The notes beneath the pieces were generated by a model that ran no database searches, was not told the origin of the DNA, and worked only from the letters and a program-made list of their open reading frames with translations. This document shows, in pieces, positions 1 to 12,425 of a stretch of DNA of 54,152 bases (positions within the stretch are counted from its first letter, which is position 1; each line of letters begins with the position of its first letter). The stretch lies in NCBI GenBank assembly GCA_963575745.1, contig CAUYUJ010000262.1, forward strand, positions 62,001 through 116,152, read 5' to 3'. The DNA is from Prorocentrum cordatum. Lineage: Eukaryota. The translations under genes and the position numbers were made by a program.

Positions 1-392
1 CCAAGAGGGGGAGCTCGAACTGACAGTTCGAGCCCTCCGCCCCAAGACAACCCCCGATACTGCCACCAGGCCTCCCAACTCCCCACAGGAGGAGCTCAGA
101 GGCGCAGGTGACGCCCCCCGAAAGGCCCCAAACGGACACATGGCCCCCAGGAGGCCCCAGGGGATTTCAGAACTGCCGCCACGAGGCTTACCAGAAGCTC
201 CCGAATGACCCCAACAGGCATCCAAGAGGCTTCTGACACACAACCCATGCACGGTTGCTGGATGGGACGACGAGCACTCGGAGTGGCACACGAACCGAAC
301 AATCAACTGTTTTTTTCGGTTAGTGATTGATTCCAGCGCTCTCCCAAACCACCCGACGATGACGTCGAAGATAAGAATGACGACGACGACGA

Positions 393-444
<52 letters not shown>

Positions 445-1754
445 CACAGCGACGACAGCGGGCACGGCGACGACGGCGAGCCCCTCGCCCAGAAAACCCC
501 AGGGGGCCCCAAGAGGCCCCTCAAGAGGGCCCGAATAGGCAAAACCCATTCCACTCCTGTGAAGCATTTCCGCGTTTGGCATGTTACTTTGTGTCGCTGG
601 CATTCTTTTTCGGGCCACTTCTGCCAGGATTCCTATTCGGATTGTGGGGCACTTTGGCTTCCGCCGCCATGCCCCTTCTTCGTGGCAGAGGAGGCGGAGA
701 GGAGGAGACGGAGGATAACGGAGAGGATTTGCATTTGGAAGGGGAAGAGGAACCCGTACGGGGACGGGGATGCCGAGGATTACCCGTCAGGAATGAGTGG
801 CAGGACGGACGCAAAGGACGAAGGGCGGGGGGAGGATGGCGAAGGACGAAGGACGCAAAGGACGAAGGACGAAGGGCGGAATGGGGAGGGGTCCAGTGGG
901 CCCCAGGGAACCCTGATTTCAGTACCTGGCCTCTGGCCCCTTCCTTGGGCGGCTCTTGGCCCTCCCAGGTACGTGCGGCAGGCTTTCAAATTGCTCCCAG
1001 GCGGCCCGGGGTCGTTGAACGAACTATTCGTTCCAAGACGCCCAAGACGGCTTCAAGACGGCCCAGGTGGCCCCCAAGATGCCCCAAGAGGATTCCCAAG
1101 AGGGCCTCAAGCGGCAAAAATGGCCCCATTCCGTTTGGAGAAATTGTTAGAACATTCGTCTGTGGAGCTTTCAGAGCATCCAAGACGGCCGGCACGACCT
1201 CCAAGACGGCTGAAGAGAGCCCCAAGAAGGCCCAAAAGGCCGCCAAGACAGCCAATGAATGCCCCAGGACAGCCCCAAGAGGGGGCCCAGAGGGGGTACG
1301 CGAACTGATATTTTAAGTCTTCGGCCCCAAGACGTCCCCCAGGAGGCACAGGAAGCTCCCCCAAAAGCTCCCAAGAGGCCCCCCGAATAGGCTCCCAGGA
1401 AGCCCCAACAGGCCCAAAGGGGCCCCCACGAGCCCCCTGCCCAGACGCCCTGAGGCACTCATGGCGATCCCGAAGCTTCCAGAGAGGAGAGGCGATGAAC
1501 GGCCGTCCTGACGCGATCTTGGACCGTCTTCGAGCTCAAGGTGCCCCCATCGTGGCCCAACAGGTCCCAGAAACGCCGGAAGAGAGCCTCCCTGGGGTTC
1601 CCAGGCGACCTTTCAGAAGCAACTGCACTTGTCAGAGTGAGGGGGCTGAACCGAAAGGTCATTCACTGTCCCTGGGTGCGTGGCTGAAGTGGAATTCCGC
1701 GATGCGGATTCTTGTTGTTGTTGTTGTTGTTGTTGTTTGTTGTTGTCGTCGTCC

Positions 1755-2070
1755 CACCCGCGACCCGCCCCGAGACCCACCCGCGACCCACCCGCGACCC
1801 ACCCGCGACCCACCCGCGACCCACCCGCGACCCACCCGCGACCCACCCCGCGACCCACCCGCGCCCCACCCGCGACCCACCCGCGACCCACCCCGCGACC
1901 CGCCCGCGACCCACCCCGAAACCTCCCCGGCGACCCACCCGCGACCCACCGGCGACCCACCCGAGACCCACCCGCGACCCACCCCGCGACCCACCCGCGA
2001 CCCACCCGCGACACACCCGCGACACACCCGCGACCCACCGCGACCCACCGCGACCCACCCGCGACCCACC
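1755..2070 (+). repeat. 11-bp minisatellite (CCACCCGCGAC)n
   Basis: Direct reading; followed by a duplicated AAAATTTTCGGCGCCTGCGGCGGGC at ~2072 and ~2169. Confidence 0.95.
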
Positions 2071-3464
2071 CAAAATTTTCGGCGCCTGCGGCGGGCTTCT
2101 TTTGCATTCGTTCCAGGTGGAGAACCTGCGACCCACCTGCAACCCAAACCGCGTTCAGTGTACAAATCAAAATTTTCGGCGCCTGCGGCGGGCTGTTTCG
2201 ACGCCCGCGTCGCCCGCGCCCGCCCCCTCACTCTTATCCGCAACTGCGGGGTGCTACGTATATTTTCAAGGGAGCTCCAGGCCTCATGGGCGCCAGAGGG
2301 TATTGACCCGCTTGTGCAGAGCTGCCTCCGCCCTCCCTGTGGGCCCCCCGGGCGGCCTTCGGAGCTCCGAGACGGCCCCAGGGCGTCCCGCGACTGGGCA
2401 TGACAGCCTCCAGACTCCAGACTGCCCAGGACGCCTCCAGGACGCGCTTCGATGGCCCCATGAGCATTCCCACACAGCCCAGGACGCCCCAAGAGGCCCC
2501 CTGAGACCCCAGACCCCGGGCCAGCACACTTTCCAAAACTTCCCCCCTCCCCGTATCACTTTTTTGTCCAGGTGGGGTCCCAACTCTTTTCGGGGCGCTT
2601 CGGGGCCGGGGCCCGCTGTTGGGGGACCGCCAAACAGGTCCCAGACCGATCAGACAGCCGTCCCGACGGACCAAGACTGTCCCGAGCTGCCCTGAAGACG
2701 GCTTCCAGAGGTTTCAGACGGCCCAAGCAGGTTCAAACAGCACCCCGACGAGTGCCCCGAGAGGCTCAATTTAGGTATGTTCCTTGAGTTTGTTTGACGG
2801 GTTTCGGGCTTCCAACGCTCCCAGACGGGTCAAGAAGCTCCCCAGACCGCCGTCAAGGCGGCTCTAGAGGGGAGGCGTCCACGACGATCCAAGACCAATC
2901 CAAGAGGACCCCCAAGAGGGCTCCATCCCATCAGGAAAACTGACATTTGTTAGCAGATTCGCCTTAAAGACAACCCCAGAGGTTTCCAAAAACGCCCACA
3001 GACTGCCCAAGAGGCTCTCAAGAGTGCCCCTAGACGGCCCAAGAGGGCCCCAAGATGGACCAAGAAGCCCCGAAGGTGGCCCAAGAGGGCCCCAGGATGG
3101 AGGTGTAATACGAGCTGCTATTTGGAGCCCTCTGCCCAAAAATGACCGCCTAGAGGTGCCCAACAGGGCATGCCGAAAGAGGCCCCTGGGAGGCCCAGAA
3201 GAAAACACAAAGAGGCCCCCAAGAGACCCCAGGAGGACTCGGGGAAGCCTCCAGGAGACCCCAAAGAGGCCCCAAACAGGGCTCTGAGAGGCTTCGAAAG
3301 AGACCCAGGCCCCAAGATGCCCAAACATGGTTGGTATGCTATCACACCGTGAGGAGACAACACGAAAACGATCTGGGCACGTCCCAGCAGGACCCGAGAC
3401 GCCTGAAGAGAGTTCCTGCTTCTTCCATATATCTTTCTGCCTCCTGTATCTGTCCTTCCGCGTC

Positions 3465-3775
3465 CCTCCTGCACGTGTTCCGCCAGCCGGCGTGACAGCG
3501 CGTGCATGCCGTTTGAAGGCAGTTTTCTCTTCGTGCTCCGTTACCGTTCCTTCGTCCTGCACGTGTTCCGCCAGCTGGCGTGTCAGCGCGTGCATTGAAT
3601 ATCACGGCTGTGTTCCATCCTTCGTCCGCGTCTTTCTTCGATCGTCCTGCAAGTGCTCCGCCAACCGGCGTGACAACGCGTGAATTATGTGAAGGCAGTT
3701 TGCTCTCCGTCCTCTGGCATTCCTCGTTTCTTCTGCACATGCTCCGCCAGCTGGCGTGGTAGCGCGTGCATTCTA
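3465..3775. repeat. Degenerate ~88-90-bp tandem repeat, 4 copies
   Basis: Core CCGCCA(G/A)C(C/T)GGCGTG..A(G/A)CGCGTG at ~3480, 3568, 3658 and 3743. Confidence 0.8.
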
Positions 3776-5029
3776 CTTCAGGGCAGTTTTTGTCCCGTCC
3801 CCCGTCATTCCTCGTGCCTCCCGCACATGTTCGGCAAGACAAGCCAAAAACATGTGACGACATCCAAAGACCAGCAAACTACGGCCTCGACATGTCATCA
3901 GAAAGCCAGTCAATGCCCCAAGCCTATTCAGCGATCTCCCCGACGAACCCGCAAGCCAAGAACTGCGCGTCGTGACAACGAAGAGGCAACCCTGGACGGC
4001 GCCATCTGGGCATGCATGCGTGCATGCATGCATGCATACTTACATAATTACATGCCTGCGTGCACATATATATATATATATGTACATCTATAAATTAGTA
4101 TATACATGCATACATACATATGTACATACATAAATGCATGCATGCATGCAGACATACATAGATACATACATACAACCAAACATACAAACAGGCATACATA
4201 CATGCGTACCTGAATACATACCTACATACATGCATACATACATGCGTACATACATACATATGATATATGATCGCCCCCCCCTGTGATCATACATGTTGTT
4301 TTTTTCTCGTCGGCTTCGTCGTCGTCGTCGTCGTCCTCCTCCTCCTCCTCCTCCTCCTCCTCCTTCTCCTCATCTCCCTCCCCATCATCCCCCCTCATCC
4401 TTTCTCCTCCTTATTCCTCCATTATTCTCTTTATTGTTTTCCTTCTACTCCTCCTCCTCCTCCTCCTCCTCCTCCTCCTCCTCCTCCTCCCCCTCCTCCT
4501 CCTCCTCCTCCTTCTCCTCCTCCTCCTCCTCCTCCTCCTCCTTCCCCTCCCTCTCCTCCTGCCCCTCTCCCTCCTCCTCCTCATCCTCCTCCTCCCCCTG
4601 TGCCTCCTCCCTTTCCTCCTCTTCTTCCTCCTCCTCCTCTCCTTTCCCATCTTCTCCATTCGCCTTGTCTTCGCTACTTCCCACTTCTTTCTTTGTCAGC
4701 CCTCCCCCTCGTATGCTGCCCACTCTCCGTCCGCATCGGTGTCGTTCCTTCCCGCTGCATTTCTTTCTATGATTCGTTCCTTCTCCTTTTGATTATGTTC
4801 GTTATCCTCCCGATCCTCCCTCCTCCCTCACCCCTCGTCCCTCCTCCTTCCTCCCACCCTTCTCCGTTGCAGGGCCTCGTCATCTTCTTCCCCTTCGCAA
4901 GCTTCCTTACCGCCCTCGTTCCTTCTACTCTTTATTGTCCCTCCTACTCTTCATTATCATTGTCGTTCCTTCTACTCGTTTATCGCTGATCCGACTTCTC
5001 TGCGTATGTTCGTCTTTCCAAGGGCCTTC

Positions 5030-6620
5030 AAACATCGACTCCTTATGTGTAGGGGCCTCCACAGATTGATTCCATTTGTGGAGGGACCTCCACATAATGA
5101 TTCCATATGTGCAAGAGGCTTCCATAATGATATCTTGTGTGGAGGGGCCTCCCACTCGTTGAATCCTTATGTGGCAAGGGCCTGATTCCTCTTGTGGGGG
5201 ATCCTCCACATATTGTTTCCTTATGTGGAAGGGATCTCCACATATTGACTCCGTCTGTGGAGGGACCTCCACATGTTGATTCCTTGAGCAAGGATCTCCA
5301 TATTGATTTCTTATGTGGAGGGGCCTCCAACTTGTTCATTCCTTATGTGGAAGGGGCCTTGACATAATGATTCCTTATGTGAAAGGGCCTGCACATATGG
5401 ATTTCTTATGTGGATGGGCCTTTTCATGTCGACTCCTTATGTGGAGGGGCCTCCACAAATTGATTCCGTCTGTGGAGGGACCTCCACATATTGATTCGTT
5501 TTGTGGCGGGCGATCTCCTTTTCCTCCTCCTCCTTCTGCTCCTCCTCCCCCTCCTTCTCTCACTCCGGCGCAAGGGTTGAGGAGAAGAAGGACCAGAAGG
5601 AGTAGGAGGAGAAAGATGAGGAGGAGAAAGATGATATTGTTTCCTTTTGTGGGGGATCCTCCACATATTGATTCCTTATGTGGAAGGGACCTCCACATAT
5701 TGATTCCCTATGTGCAAGGGGTCTCCATATTGATTTCTTTTGTGGAGGGTCCTCCCACTTGTTGATTCCTTTTGTTGGAAAGGATCTGCACATTTTGATT
5801 CCTTATGTGGATGGGCCTTCAAAGTATCGATTCCTTAAGTTGAGGGGCCTCCACATGTTGATTCCGTCTGTGGAGGGACCTCCACCAATTGAGTTCTTTT
5901 GCGGCGGGCGATTTCCTTTTCCTCCTCCTCCTCCTGCTCCTCCCCCTCCTCCTCCCGCTCTGGCGCAGGGGTTGAGGATAAGAAGGAGCAGAAGAAGTAG
6001 GAGGAGAAAGATGAGGAGGAGAAAGATGATATTGTTTCCTTTTGTGGAGGGGCCTCCCCCATATTTTTCCTTATGTGCAAGGGGCCTCGCGCATATTGAT
6101 TCCTCTTGTGGGGGGGGATTCCTCCACATATTGACTCCTTATGTGGAAAGGGCCTCCACATGTTGATTTCGTCTGTGGAAGGACTTCTACATATTCATTT
6201 CTTAGGTCAAAGAGGTCTTCACATGGATTTCTTATGTCGATGGGCCTTTGAAAATATAGACTCGCTATGTGGAGGGGCATCCACATATTGAGTTTGTCTG
6301 TGGAAGGACCGCCGCATATTGATTCCTTATGTGCAAGGGATCTCCATATTGATATCGTGTGTGGAGGGGCCTCCAACATGTTGAATCCTTATGTGGGGGG
6401 GGGCCTTCACAGATGAGTTCCTCATGTGAAGGAGCCTGTACACATTGATTCCTTATGTGGGAGGCCCTTCACATTTCGATCCCTTATGTCGAGGGGCGGC
6501 CTCCACATGGATTCCTGGTGTGGAGTAGGAGGAAAAAGATGATGATGAGGAGGAGGAAGAGTAGGAGGCGGAGGTGGACACGGGGGAAGCGGATTTACAT
6601 GTCGATTCTTTGTGTGGCGG
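5030..6620. repeat. Palindromic ~30-32-bp satellite (TTCCTTATGTGGAGGGGCCTCCACATATTGA)
   Basis: Dozens of degenerate units, each with the inverted repeat ATGTGGAGG-NN-CCTCCACAT. Includes a duplicated CCT/GAG-rich insert at ~5505-5650 and ~5900-6045. Confidence 0.9.
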
Positions 6621-6904
6621 GGTGGGGCACATATAATGGGAGGAGAGGAGAGGAGGAGGAGGAGGAGGAGAGAGAGAGAGAGAGAGTGCCAAGAGAGGGA
6701 GGAGAGAGACAGAGGGAGGAGGAGAGAGAGAGGAAGGGAGAGGAGAGGAGAGAGAGAGAGAGAGACAAGAGATGGAGAAGGATATAGAGAGAGAGAGAGA
6801 GTCAAGAGAGAGAGAGAGGGGGAGGAGAAGAGAGGAGAGATAACGAGAGAAAGAGGAACGGAATTCGGCAGAAAACGGGCGGGAACGTTGAGTCAAGGAG
6901 TCGA

Positions 6905-7493
6905 CTAGGCGGAGGACACGGAGGAGGGTGTTTTGATTTCCTTGTTGTTCCTCCTCCCCGCCCTCGGAGGCGAAGTTTTTCTTTTTTGCCGTGTGAAAAC
7001 ACAAGTTATTTCCTATGTTTCTTTTGTTTCTTGTGTTTCGCTCTCCCTTTCGGCCCCTCGGGGTTTCCCCGCCGCCCCAGGGCCCGAAAAACAGTGAAAA
7101 ACGGAAAAAAAACAATATATATATATATATATATATATAAATGTGGTTTCACATGGAAAAAAATAAAAATAAACTCCTCCTCCGAGGGCGGGGAAAGGGG
7201 AAAAAACACCCTCCTCCGTCTCCTCCGCTTACTCCTCCGCTTCCTCCGTGTTTCTTTTTTTTCCTTTTGTTCTTCTTCCCCGCCCTCGAAGGGGGGAGTT
7301 GTTTTCCTATTGTTCCTTGTGAAAACACAGGTTTGTTCCTATGTTTCCTTTTTGCTCCTTTTTTTCTGTCTCCCGTTCGGCCCCTCAAGGTTTCCCCGCC
7401 GCCCCAGGGGGGGAGCGAAAAACAGGAAAAAAGGAAAACAAAAATGTGGAAAAACATGTGTTTTCACAGGGAAAATAGAAAAAAAATGATTAT

Positions 7494-7539
<46 letters not shown>

Positions 7540-7800
7540 CAAAAAATATCCTCCGAGGGCGGGGAAAGGGGGAAAAAAAAAAAACACCCTCCTCCGTCTC
7601 CTCCGCTTACTCCTCCGCTTCCTCCGTTGTTTTCCTTTTGTTTCCTCCTCCCCGCCCTCGAAGGGGGAGTTGTTTTTCTTATTTTCCCATGTGAAAGCAC
7701 AAGTTTTTTCCTATTGTTCCTTTTTTCCTGTTTTTCGGTCTCCAGTTCGGCCCCCGCGGACACCCTCCTCCGTCTCCTCCGCTTACTCCTCCCCCCCTAC
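6905..7800. repeat. ~370-bp direct repeats with (TA)n microsatellites
   Basis: CCTCCGAGGGCGGGGAAAGGGG..CACCCTCCTCCGTCTCCTCCGCTTACTCCTCC at ~7178 and ~7550, partial at ~7761. Confidence 0.8.
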
Positions 7801-7867
7801 TCCCCTCCTCCGAGATGAGGAGAAGGAGGAGGAGGAGGAGGAAGAGGAGGAGGAGGAGGAGGAAGAG

Positions 7868-7899
<32 letters not shown>

Positions 7900-10057
7900 A
7901 ATGTATGATCACAGGGGGGGCGACCATACATATATACATACACACAAACATACATACATACATGTCTACACGCCTATATGTCTACATGCCTACCTACCTA
8001 TATACCTACATGCATGCATCCATCCATCCATCCGTCCAGCCATCCACCCACACATACATACATACGTGCATGCATGCATGCACGCATGCATGCAAACATA
8101 CATACATACATGCATACATAGACACACACACAAACACCATGAAGCAGCACACTGATCACTACACCCAGACCTCCGACTTCCGATATGTTCACAATGTGGA
8201 TCCCCAGAGATCTAAACAACCCTCCCCCATAGTCACTTTTTTATATTGAGACGTTCTTGACAGACCCGGGGCCCTGCAAGGGCCCGAGGAGGCAAGTTGT
8301 CCGTCGTGATTGCTTCGTGACGCGAGGAGGTCGGGGCGCGGTATCATTGAACTGGCGGAGGAGGAGGAGGAGGAGGAGGAGGAGGAGGAGGTGCAGGACG
8401 AGGAGGAGGTGCAGGAAGGTTGGCGCGAGGGGGGCGACCTTCTAAGAAGCCAGGGGCGATTGCGATAAAGCTGCGGGGCTCATTAGAAGCCCGCCCAGCT
8501 TGCAAGAAATCTTCTGTAGGGGCCTCCAAGGCCTGCTGAGAAGCTCCCTTGCCTTCGAAGTCGCCCCCCCCGCTTTCTTAGAAGGCTGACCCCCTAGCGC
8601 ACACACTGGTGGGCGCCGCCAACGGTCACCGTCGTCGTCGGTCGTCGTCGTCGCCGTCGTTCGATCGAAGCTGAGTTCCAGAATTCCTTGACTAGGCTCC
8701 CGAAAATCCCCGGAGAGGTCCCCCCCGAAGGGGCCCCCAAGAGGCCCTACAATAGGCTTCCAGCATCCTCCTGTCGAGAAAGGAGGAGGAGGAGGAGGAG
8801 GAAGAGGAGGAGGAAGAGGAGGAGGAAGAAGAGGAGGAGGAGGAGGACGAGGAGGAGGAGGAGGAGGAGGAGGAGGAGGAGGAGGAGGGGGAGGAGGGGG
8901 AGGAGGAGGAGGAGGCAGCGGCGGTGGCGGCGACGGCGGCGGCGGTGGCGGCGGCGGCGGCGGCGGAGGCGGAGGCGGAGGCGGAGGCGAAGGAAGAGCA
9001 GCAAGACAAGGCGGAGCAGGGCCTCCCCCCTCGCAAGGAGAGCCATGGGCCCCGAGTGCCGCGCCGAGCGCGCGAGACGGGCCCGCAGGAGTGTGAAGGC
9101 TCCCCGGCGGGGGACATGCGCCAGCCGCCGCCGCCGCCGCCCCCGTATCGTTCGCCGGTCGCCGTCGTAACGGTCGCCGTCGTTCGCCTGTTGCCTGTCA
9201 CCGACGCAGGTCGTCGTTCGCCGTCGTCGTCGTCGTCATCGCCGCCGGTCGTCGTTCGCTTGCCGCCGCCGCCAGTCCTCGTCCGCTGGTCGCCGCCGTC
9301 GTCCCCAGATCCACGGCGTGCGCGAGCATCTTCCACACCCATGCGACTTATGAAGAAAAACAGCTTCTGGGTCAGAGTCTGAGTTCTCTCTGCATATATG
9401 CGAAAATCTGGATTCCAGGGTAGACTATCGAGAACGGCACCGACGACAAGCATGTTCTATGTATGCTCAAACTTACGCATTATTTGGGATGTGCCAGACC
9501 TGGACCGCTTGCTTTCCGCAAAAAAGATGCTCGTGGAAGCCTGAAGCCTTCTGAACAATAATTTCCAGTGCATGGTTCTCTGCAGTCTTCTAGCCCCGGG
9601 ATGCGTTCCAGCAGCTGCGCCTTGCCGAACGCGGTCTGGGGGTGCCCAGATCGTCCCGAGCGGCCGCCGGAGGCACGAGGTACGGCCCGAAAGCCACCAG
9701 GAAGACGGATCTCCGATGGCATGATGTTTTCAGTCGTTGCGTTTTTATTCGATGTCTGCCTCTCGGAGGACGCCCACTGGGGGGCGATAAACGAAGGGGC
9801 AGCGAGGGCTGCCGAAAAGCGGCCCTTCAAAACCCATGAGAGCGCCCCTGAGGCCCAGAAGGGGGCCTTTAAGGCACAAGAAGGGCACCTTTCTCTCCCC
9901 CACATGTATCCGCCCCCCAGCAATGCGCGCCCAAGCCTCCTGGGCCCGTGATCGGCCTCTGGGCCATCAAAAGCGCGTCGGGACGAAAAACTACCCCCAA
10001 GAAAGTAGCCTGAGACCGCGGATCGAAAAACACAGCAGAAAAACGATCGGTCGACCG

Positions 10058-10278
10058 CTGGCGGCGCCCACAAGGGGATTGGCGCGAGGGGGGGTGGGTT
10101 TCAAAGAAGGCGGAGGGCTTCTCAAAGGGTAAAGGTCTTCTCCAGAGGGCCCGCGAGCTTTTGCGAAGCCCTCCTCGAAGCTGGGAGGGCGTTTAAGAAG
10201 CCCCAGCCATCTCGGAAGCCCCGCATCCTTTTTAGAAGCCCACCACTCTCGCGCCAACCCCCCGTGGGCGCCGCCAAC
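10058..10278. mobile_element. MITE-like element with ~30-bp imperfect TIRs; related copy at ~8419-8622
   Basis: GGCGGCGCCCACAAGGGGATTGGCGCGAG is inverted to CTCGCGCCAACCCCCCGTGGGCGCCGCC. Confidence 0.55.
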
Positions 10279-12425
10279 AATCGCCGTCGTCGTCGGCCGT
10301 CGTCGCCGTCGCTCATCGGTCGTCACCGCCATCGACCGATCGACCGATCATCGATTCGAGGGTCCAGGTTTCTGTGAGCTTCTGTCCTTTCTGGGCTTCT
10401 GCGGCGCCCCCGTGGCCCCGGGCCAAGACCGCCTTGGGGTTCTGACCAGAGCGCACCCCGAGAGAGGTCCAGGGGTCCGCACGCCGTCGCCAGTCGTCGG
10501 TCGTCTCGCCATCGTCGCTGAGACGACGTCACATGTAATCTCGAGTCGGGCATGTCCCTTTACAGGACGAATATGCAGTAATAGACAAGAGATAGTCTGG
10601 GGACGATGTTTCGAACATGTTGGACAATATCTGAGCATTTCTTGGCTATGTTGCATTTCTCTTCCAAACTCCGCCTGTAGGAGGACATGCCCGACCTAAA
10701 TGTAATCGCGAGTTGAGGGCTTCCCAGCTGATGGGGAGGTTACGCGCTCCACTGTGAATTGTGGTTGGCCTGCGTCTTATCCGGGTTGCCTGATTAGAGG
10801 CATGCGTTGGTTAGATTCTCTAGGTCGAGCAAGAGGTCGTCGTCGGTCGGGGTCGTTTGTCGCCGTCGTTGCAGCCGCTGCCGCCGTCGTCTCCGTCGTC
10901 GCCGTCGACCGTCGTCGTCTCCGATCGATCGAGATTCGAGGTTCGAGGTTTCCAGCAGCTGTCTGGTCCTCAGGGCCGCCCCGGGCGCCCCCGTGGCCAC
11001 GGCTGGATCCGCCTGGAACCCCAGGCCAGAACACGCCCCAAGGGGGCCCAGACACCCCACATCCGTGGATGCGATGTGATGTTTCGTGCCCTGGGGCTCG
11101 CGCGAGCGAGGGTCTGGTCTTTTGGTGCTGATGCTCGTGTCGACGACATTCGTTGTCGCTTGCGTCGAGGACGATCACGTGGTGGCCCGATATCATGTTC
11201 ACTTCTCATTGTGAACCCCAGATGCTTCGACACCCTTCCCTGGACCGATTCTTCAATCTGGGCCGTATTTTAACAGCGCAGGGTCCTGGTAAGAGGGCCC
11301 TTGGAAGCCAAAGATCATGATTTAAGAGCCTGAGGGAATCTGGGGATGTCCACGGTCGTCGCCGTTGCTGTCGCGGCTGCTGACGACGTGAAGGCGTGGC
11401 CGAGGGCCAGGCTGGCCGGCATGGCCGTCCTGGCCACGGTTGGACTAGCGTCGAATTCGTTGTCCAGAGAGAGAGAGAGAGAGAGGTCCAGTGTCGTTGT
11501 CGCTTGTCGTCGTAGTCCGCCGTCGTCTTCTCAGTCGCTGTCGCGTGCGTCGTCGTCGTCGTCTCAGCGGCAGCCGCCGTCGCCGCAAAGGCCTGGGCGA
11601 GGGCCGAGCTGGCCGCCGTAACCGCCAGCGAGCACGACGCCGTGGAGGCTGGAGTGGACGTCGGGCAGGCCTCCGGGCACGACGACGTCAATGGCGATCC
11701 TCCTCTTCCTCGGCCATCCTGTTCCTCCTCCTCCCCCTTCTCCTCCTCCTCCTCCTCCTCCTCCTCCTCCTCCTCCTCCTCCTCCTCCTCCTCCTCCTCC
11801 TCCTCCTCCTCCTGATGACGGATCTCCCCAGGTACGCTCCGCCTCCTCCTCCTCCTCCTCCTCCTCCTCCTCCTCCTCCTCATCATCCTCCAGCAGGCGG
11901 CCGCGAGTCTTCCCTGCGCGGCTGGCGCTCTTTGATCGGAAGCCGGCAGATTCCTCCGTAGCCGGGGACGGCTCCCGTGGGGGTGGCCAGCTGTTTGAGA
12001 CAGCGGCCACTCCCAGGGGGGAGGGGTCTGCCGGCCGGGGCCTCGACCACCCTCCGATACACGGGAGCTCGGCGAGTCCCCCGAGGATGAGGTAGGCCAG
12101 CTCCCCGACGTCGCTTGGTTGGCCCGCGCGGCGCAGCCATCCAGTCGCCCCGCGCTGCCGCCCCCCCCCTCCTCCACTGCCCCGCGCCCACCTGCCGCCG
12201 CCCGCGGCCCGGGCAGCTCTGGCGGCAGCCCGGCGCCCCCGCCCAGCTCGCCGTCCTGCTCCTCCGCGCCCGGCAGCCCGCGCCAGCCCCGCCGGCCGCG
12301 CAGCGCCCGAGCCGTAGCGCGCCTCACCCCAGCAGCCCCCGCCGCTGCTCAGCGCCCAGCGGCAGCCCGACGGCCTGGCGCCCCGGCAGCCGGCGCCGGC
12401 AGGCTGGGGCGCAGCGCGTGGCAGT

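Larger units (their letters stand above)
4010..8130. mobile_element. Possible non-autonomous fold-back element
   Basis: TCGCCCCCCCCTGTGATCATACAT (4271-4294) is inverted to ATGTATGATCACAGGGGGGGCGA (7901-7923). Inner (GTC)n(CTC)n is mirrored by (GAG)n(GAC)n. Outer CATA/CATG microsatellites lie on both sides. Confidence 0.5.

Noticed and set aside
303..9453. Numerous poly-S/P/L/E/R/T ORFs
   Set aside because: Translations of (CCT)n, (GAC)n, (CATA)n and other simple repeats; no domain evidence.
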